A stretch of 64,000 nucleotides of DNA from Fidelibacterota bacterium (lineage in GTDB: Bacteria; Fidelibacterota; Marinisomatia; Marinisomatales; Marinisomataceae): contig OZ243041.1 of the NCBI GenBank assembly GCA_965212055.1, forward strand, positions 384,001 through 448,000. Reading direction: 5' to 3'. The notes under the pieces are model-generated. The model made no database searches. It worked only from the letters and a program-made list of their open reading frames with translations, and was not told the origin of the DNA. Each line of letters opens with the position of its first letter. Position 1 is the first letter of the stretch. A program made the translations under genes and the position numbers. Positions 58,830-64,000 of this stretch are shown here, piece after piece.

Positions 58830-61800
58830 ATGCAAAGAACAAAAAATAGTATTTCATTAAAACTTGCCTCACCAGAGAAAGTTCTTGAAGGTTCCTACGG
58901 TGAAGTTTTAAAACCTGAGACAATTAATTATCGTTCATATAAACCAGAGAAAGATGGTTTATTCTGTGAAAAAATATTTGGTCCAGTAAAAGACTTTGAA
59001 TGTCACTGTGGGAAATATAAAGGAATACGATATAGAGGTATTATTTGTGATAGATGTGGCGTAGAAGTAACTACTAAAAAAGTTCGTAGAAATAGAATGG
59101 GCCATATAACACTAGCTGTTCCCGTAGTACATATCTGGTTCTTAAAGTCTATTCCAAGTAAGCTAAGTTATATATTAGGCAAAAGCGCTAAACAGCTAGA
59201 GAGTGTAGTATATTATGAAAATTATCTTATTATTAATCCTGGAAAAAGTCCTTACAAACGATTTGATTTAATTGATGAGGAAGGATATTTAGAAATGGAA
59301 TCTGAATTTGGTTATGAAGCTGTTTCACAAGCAGAAAAAGAAGAAGAATCATATTTTTATGCATCAATGGGTGGGCAAGGCATAAAAGATGCTTTATCAG
59401 AATTGGATTTATTAGTGTTAAAAAGTGAATTAGAATTAATAAGTAATACAACAAAATCTAAACAAAAGAGGCTAGATGCGCGAAAACGCTTAAAGGTTGT
59501 TAAAGATTTTGCTGAGGATCGTAGTAATAAACCAGAATGGATGATAGTATCAATTTTACCTGTTATGCCTCCTGAGCTAAGACCTCTAGTTCCTCTTGAG
59601 GGAGGGAGATTTGCTGCAAGTGATCTTAATGATTTGTATAGAAGAATTATTATACGAAATAATCGCTTAAAGCAGTTAATGGATATTCAAGCACCTGAGG
59701 TAATTTTGAGAAATGAGAAGAGAATGCTTCAAGAGTCTGTTGATGCACTTTTTGATAATACTAAAAGAAAAACAGCAATAAGAAGTGGTTCAAAACGCCC
59801 ACTTAAGTCAATTTCTGATATGTTAAGAGGTAAACAAGGGAGATTTAGACAAAATCTTCTTGGTAAACGTGTTGATTATTCTGGTAGATCTGTGATTGTT
59901 GTTGGTCCTGAACTAAGCATGACTGAATGTGGTATTCCAAAAAATATGGCTCTAGAACTTTTCAAGCCTCACTTAATTCGTGAACTTACTAGGCGAGATT
60001 TTTCGGCAACACCAAGAAGTGCAAAATTAATGATCGAAAATAAAGAAAAAATTGTTTATGAAATTTTAGAACATGTGGTAAAAGATCATCCAGTTCTTCT
60101 TAATAGAGCTCCAACTCTGCACAGACTTGGGATTATTGCGTTTCAACCTGTTTTAATAGATGGTAAAGCAATTAGAGTTCATCCATTAGTTTGTTCTGCT
60201 TTTAATGCTGATTTTGATGGTGACCAAATGGCTGTACATGTTCCTTTATCAATCAATGCCCAATTAGAAGCTAGAATTTTAATGATGGCAAGTCAGAATA
60301 TTTTACATCCTGCAAGTGGAAGGCCGATTACTCTCCCATCACAAGATATGATTTTAGGTTGTTATTATTTAACAAAAGAAAGAACAAAACAAAAGGGTGA
60401 AGGCAAAATTTTTGGATCGATTGAAGAAGTAAAAATTGCATATGAAAACAAAAAAGTAGATCTACATGCTATTATTAATTTAAGATATGATGGTAAGTGG
60501 TATAAGAATACTACAGTTGGACGTGCAATATTTAATGGTATTATCCCTAGTGAATTAGGTTATTATGATGAGATGATTTCTAAGAAGAAATTGAGCTATA
60601 TTATTGGAGATTCTTTTGTAAAAGCTGGCAATGATAAGACTGTAACACTGTTAGATGATCTTAAACATTTAGGTTTTTCAACTGCTACAAAGAGTGGAAC
60701 CTCAATATCAATTACTGATATTAGTATTCCAGAACTTAAAGATGATATTATCAATAAGGCTGAACTGGAAGTGGAAAAGATTCAAAATAGATTTAATAGA
60801 CACATTTTAACAGAAGGTGAAAGATATAATAAAGTTATTGATATCTGGACAAAAGCTACAAGTGATGTAGCATCTGAAATGATGAAAGGCCTAAAGTCAG
60901 AAGATGAAGGTTTTAATTCAGTATATATGATGGCAGATTCAGGTGCAAGAGGTAGTGGAGACCAAATTAAACAGTTAGCTGGTATGAGAGGTTTAATGGC
61001 TAAGCCAAGAAAATCAATGATTGGTGGTGGAGAAATTATAGAAAGCCCAATTATGTCTAATTTCAAAGAAGGTTTATCTGTTATGGAATACTTTATTTCT
61101 ACTCATGGTGCAAGGAAAGGATTAGCAGATACCGCTCTAAAAACAGCTGATGCAGGGTATTTAACTAGAAGATTAGTTGATGTTGCACAGGACGTAGTAG
61201 TATCTACGGATAATTGTAAGACAATTAATGGTATTACAATCTCAGATCTGAAAGAAGGTGAGGAAATAATTGAGCCTTTATCTGAAAGAATATTGGGAAG
61301 AACTTCTTCTGAAAATATTGTTATTGATGGGAAAAAAATTGTTAAATCTGGTGAAATATTTGATGAAGAAAAAGCTTCAATTATTTCTGAGAATAATATT
61401 TCAACCATTAAAATCAGATCTGTTCTTACTTGTGAAACTAGAAGAGGAGTTTGTGCAAAATGTTATGGTTGGGATTTAACAAGAAGAGAATTAGTTAACA
61501 GAGGTACAGCTGTGGGTATTATTGCAGCTCAGAGTATTGGGGAGCCAGGAACCCAATTAACGCTAAGAACATTCCATATTGGAGGTACAGCAACAAGAAT
61601 TGTTGAGGAATCTGATATGAAATCAAAATATAGCGGTATAGTCCAATTTAATGGTAAATATGAATCAGCTTCTACAGTTGATGAAGATGGTGAAGAAGTT
61701 ACCAGATGTCTATCAAGGAATGGAAAAGTTGCTATTGTTGATTCAAAAGGAAATATTTTAGACGAATATAATATTCCTTATGGTGCAAATGTTAATATTT

Positions 61801-63005
61801 CAGATAAATCAAAAATTAAGAAAAATGATATTTTATTTTCTTGGGATCCATATACAGATCTTATTCTTGCTAGACAATCTGGTTATATTAGCATGAAAGA
61901 TTTTATAGAAGGGGATACATATCATGAAGAAGCTGTTGAAGGCGGAAAGAAACAGAAAGTTGTTACTGAATCTAAAAATAGAAGATTGAGTCCTCAAATT
62001 GAGATTTATAGTAAATCTAAGAAACAAGGAGACTTATTATCAGGAGGAACTATCCTACCTGTCAAAGCAACTTTGGTTGTCAATGATGGTCAGAAAGTTT
62101 CCAAAGGACAGACTTTAGTTAAAATCCAGAAAGATATTGGTAAAACAAGAGATATTACTGGTGGTTTACCTCGAGTAGCAGAATTATTCGAAGCTAGAAA
62201 ACCTGCAAATCCAGCTGTTGTAACAGAAGTTAATGGTACTGTTCAGTTTGGAGAAATGAAAAGAGGAATAAGAAAAATCTCTATTATACCATCAACTGGA
62301 AAAGAGATTGTATATAAAATTCCATACGGAAAACATGTTGTTGTACATGAAGGTGATTTTATTAATGCGGGTACACCTTTATGTGAAGGAGCAATTTCTC
62401 CAGCTGATATTTTAAGTATTTTGGGTCCGAATGCAGTAAGAGAATATTTGGTCAATGAAATTCAAGAAGTATATAGGTTGCAGGGTGTTGGTATAAATGA
62501 TAAACATATAGAAATTATTGTCAACCAGATGATGAAAAAAGTTGTAATCAGTGATAAAGGAGATACAAAATTCCTTCCTGGAGAAAGGTTAGATAAATCT
62601 ATATTGTTTGATACAAATGATAAAATGAAAGGCATGGTAGTCATTGATGAATCTGGAGGTTCAAATTTAGAGATTGGTATAATCATTTCTAGAAATGAGG
62701 CAAAAGACTTAAATAAAGAACTCAAAGACAAAGACAAAGACTTGGTTAAATTCCATAAAGCTAAGCCAGCAACATTTGGGCCAATTCTTATGGGAATAAC
62801 ACAATCTTCACTAAACACGACAAGTTTTATATCTGCAGCTTCCTTTCAAGAAACAACTCGTGTTTTAACTGATGCAGCTACTGCGTCTAAGACAGATTTT
62901 TTACTTGGTCTTAAAGAAAATGTTGCATTAGGGCGATTAATCCCAGCAGGGACCGGTTTTCCTGATCTACAAGATATCAGAGTTGAAATTGAAGACGATA
63001 ACTAG
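58830..63005 (+). CDS. rpoC: RNA polymerase beta' subunit
   Basis: Zn-ribbon cysteines, NADFDGDQM active site, GEPGTQLT. Confidence 0.99.
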   Translation: MQRTKNSISLKLASPEKVLEGSYGEVLKPETINYRSYKPEKDGLFCEKIFGPVKDFECHCGKYKGIRYRGIICDRCGVEVTTKKVRRNRMGHITLAVPVVHIWFLKSIPSKLSYILGKSAKQLESVVYYENYLIINPGKSPYKRFDLIDEEGYLEMESEFGYEAVSQAEKEEESYFYASMGGQGIKDALSELDLLVLKSELELISNTTKSKQKRLDARKRLKVVKDFAEDRSNKPEWMIVSILPVMPPELRPLVPLEGGRFAASDLNDLYRRIIIRNNRLKQLMDIQAPEVILRNEKRMLQESVDALFDNTKRKTAIRSGSKRPLKSISDMLRGKQGRFRQNLLGKRVDYSGRSVIVVGPELSMTECGIPKNMALELFKPHLIRELTRRDFSATPRSAKLMIENKEKIVYEILEHVVKDHPVLLNRAPTLHRLGIIAFQPVLIDGKAIRVHPLVCSAFNADFDGDQMAVHVPLSINAQLEARILMMASQNILHPASGRPITLPSQDMILGCYYLTKERTKQKGEGKIFGSIEEVKIAYENKKVDLHAIINLRYDGKWYKNTTVGRAIFNGIIPSELGYYDEMISKKKLSYIIGDSFVKAGNDKTVTLLDDLKHLGFSTATKSGTSISITDISIPELKDDIINKAELEVEKIQNRFNRHILTEGERYNKVIDIWTKATSDVASEMMKGLKSEDEGFNSVYMMADSGARGSGDQIKQLAGMRGLMAKPRKSMIGGGEIIESPIMSNFKEGLSVMEYFISTHGARKGLADTALKTADAGYLTRRLVDVAQDVVVSTDNCKTINGITISDLKEGEEIIEPLSERILGRTSSENIVIDGKKIVKSGEIFDEEKASIISENNISTIKIRSVLTCETRRGVCAKCYGWDLTRRELVNRGTAVGIIAAQSIGEPGTQLTLRTFHIGGTATRIVEESDMKSKYSGIVQFNGKYESASTVDEDGEEVTRCLSRNGKVAIVDSKGNILDEYNIPYGANVNISDKSKIKKNDILFSWDPYTDLILARQSGYISMKDFIEGDTYHEEAVEGGKKQKVVTESKNRRLSPQIEIYSKSKKQGDLLSGGTILPVKATLVVNDGQKVSKGQTLVKIQKDIGKTRDITGGLPRVAELFEARKPANPAVVTEVNGTVQFGEMKRGIRKISIIPSTGKEIVYKIPYGKHVVVHEGDFINAGTPLCEGAISPADILSILGPNAVREYLVNEIQEVYRLQGVGINDKHIEIIVNQMMKKVVISDKGDTKFLPGERLDKSILFDTNDKMKGMVVIDESGGSNLEIGIIISRNEAKDLNKELKDKDKDLVKFHKAKPATFGPILMGITQSSLNTTSFISAASFQETTRVLTDAATASKTDFLLGLKENVALGRLIPAGTGFPDLQDIRVEIEDDN

Positions 63006-63078
63006 AATATTATTCTATAATATATTTAGTTAATTTTTGTAAGTAAAATACTTTTCTCCTACGCGTTCAAGAAAAAGT

Positions 63079-63119
63079 TTGATTCTTGCTCGTTATAACG
63101 ATATATTTCGACGTTTTTG
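63079..63119 (+). promoter_or_regulatory. Putative promoter of the str (rpsL) operon
   Basis: TTGATT-17 nt-TATATT followed by TCGACGTTTTTG. Confidence 0.55.
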
Positions 63120-63144
63120 TATTTATTGAAGGAAAAAAATAATT

Positions 63145-63519
63145 ATGCCAACAGTAAACCAGTTAATAAGAAAGAGTAGAAAAAGAACTGTTAAAAAAAC
63201 AGCTAGCAGGGCTCTCGAGAATAACCCTCAGAAGAGAGGTGTATGTACTCGTGTTTATACAACTACGCCCAAAAAACCTAATTCTGCTTTAAGGAAAGTT
63301 GCAAGAGTGAGACTAACTAATGGTATTGAAGCGACCGCATATATACCAGGAGAAGGTCATAATCTGCAAGAACACTCAATAGTGTTAATTGAAGGTGGCA
63401 GAGTAAAAGATCTTCCTGGAGTCCGTTACCATATAGTACGTGGTTGTTTAGATACTGCTGGTGTAGATGATAGAAGAACTAGTAGATCGCGCTATGGTGC
63501 AAAAAAACCTAAAAAATAA
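63145..63519 (+). CDS. rpsL: 30S ribosomal protein S12
   Basis: [21 protein letters not shown]. Confidence 0.99.
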   Translation: MPTVNQLIRKSRKRTVKKTASRALENNPQKRGVCTRVYTTTPKKPNSALRKVARVRLTNGIEATAYIPGEGHNLQEHSIVLIEGGRVKDLPGVRYHIVRGCLDTAGVDDRRTSRSRYGAKKPKK

Positions 63520-63521
63520 AG

Positions 63522-63995
63522 ATGAGAAGAAGAAGACCAGAAAAAAGATCTATCAGCCCTGATCCTAAATTTAATGATTTAGAAGTATCTAAGTTTATTA
63601 ATTATTTATTAACCCAGGGTAAAAAAGGAATTGCTGAAAAGATATTCTATAACTCACTAGATATCATTAAAGATAAGACAAAAGAAGATCCTATAGATAT
63701 TTTTAAAAAAGCTTTAAATAATGCTGCACCACATGTAGAAGTAAAATCAAGAAGAATTGGTGGAGCAACTTATCAAGTTCCAATCGAAGTTCCATCTAAT
63801 AGACAGTTTTATCTGTCATCACATTGGATTATTGATAGTGCAAAAAATAAGTCTGGTAGCCCTATGTCAAATCGTTTAGCTAGTGAACTTATTGCAGCAT
63901 CAAAGAATGAAGGGAATGCAATAAAAAAGAAAGAAGATACTCATCGTATGGCTGAGGCAAATAAAGCGTTTGCCCATTTTGGTAGGGGAAGGTAA
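63522..63995 (+). CDS. rpsG: 30S ribosomal protein S7
   Basis: VEVKSRRIGGATYQVP, HRMAEANKAFAH. Confidence 0.99.
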   Translation: MRRRRPEKRSISPDPKFNDLEVSKFINYLLTQGKKGIAEKIFYNSLDIIKDKTKEDPIDIFKKALNNAAPHVEVKSRRIGGATYQVPIEVPSNRQFYLSSHWIIDSAKNKSGSPMSNRLASELIAASKNEGNAIKKKEDTHRMAEANKAFAHFGRGR

Positions 63996-64000
63996 TGTCT

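Noticed and set aside
63003..63017. TAGAATA-T-TATTCTA palindrome after rpoC as a terminator
   Set aside because: AT-rich stem with a 1-nt loop and no U-tract; too weak to call.
63995..64000. Start of fusA (ATGTCT overlapping the rpsG stop)
   Set aside because: Expected from synteny, but only two codons are visible.

Overview
AT-rich, tightly packed core-genome segment of a bacterium. Gene order and protein types (yicC-gmk-rpoZ-udg-dnaB, batABCDE, long-form IspG, tRNA-Thr/Tyr/Gly/Thr-tuf-rpmG-tRNA-Trp-secE-nusG-rplKAJL-rpoBC-rpsLG) point to the FCB group, plausibly a streamlined marine Marinisomatota (SAR406)-like organism; this placement is inference only. About 60 CDS and 6 tRNAs lie almost all on the + strand, with many overlapping start/stop codons. 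No mobile element, prophage or CRISPR array was seen. The most unusual observation is a 689-aa protein with condensin-Smc-type ATPase heads that has no hinge domain and carries a CxxCG motif almost exactly at the coiled-coil apex, a candidate natural 'zinc-hook mini-Smc'. Other notable items: a duplicated ~110-nt non-coding element (candidate sRNA) beside tRNA-fMet; a dUTPase resembling the apicomplexan type; a ddl gene that has no ATG/GTG/TTG start and apparently begins at ATT; an rpsP gene with a frameshifted ~660-nt acidic repeat tail; and a 13-bp hairpin over the polA start codon.
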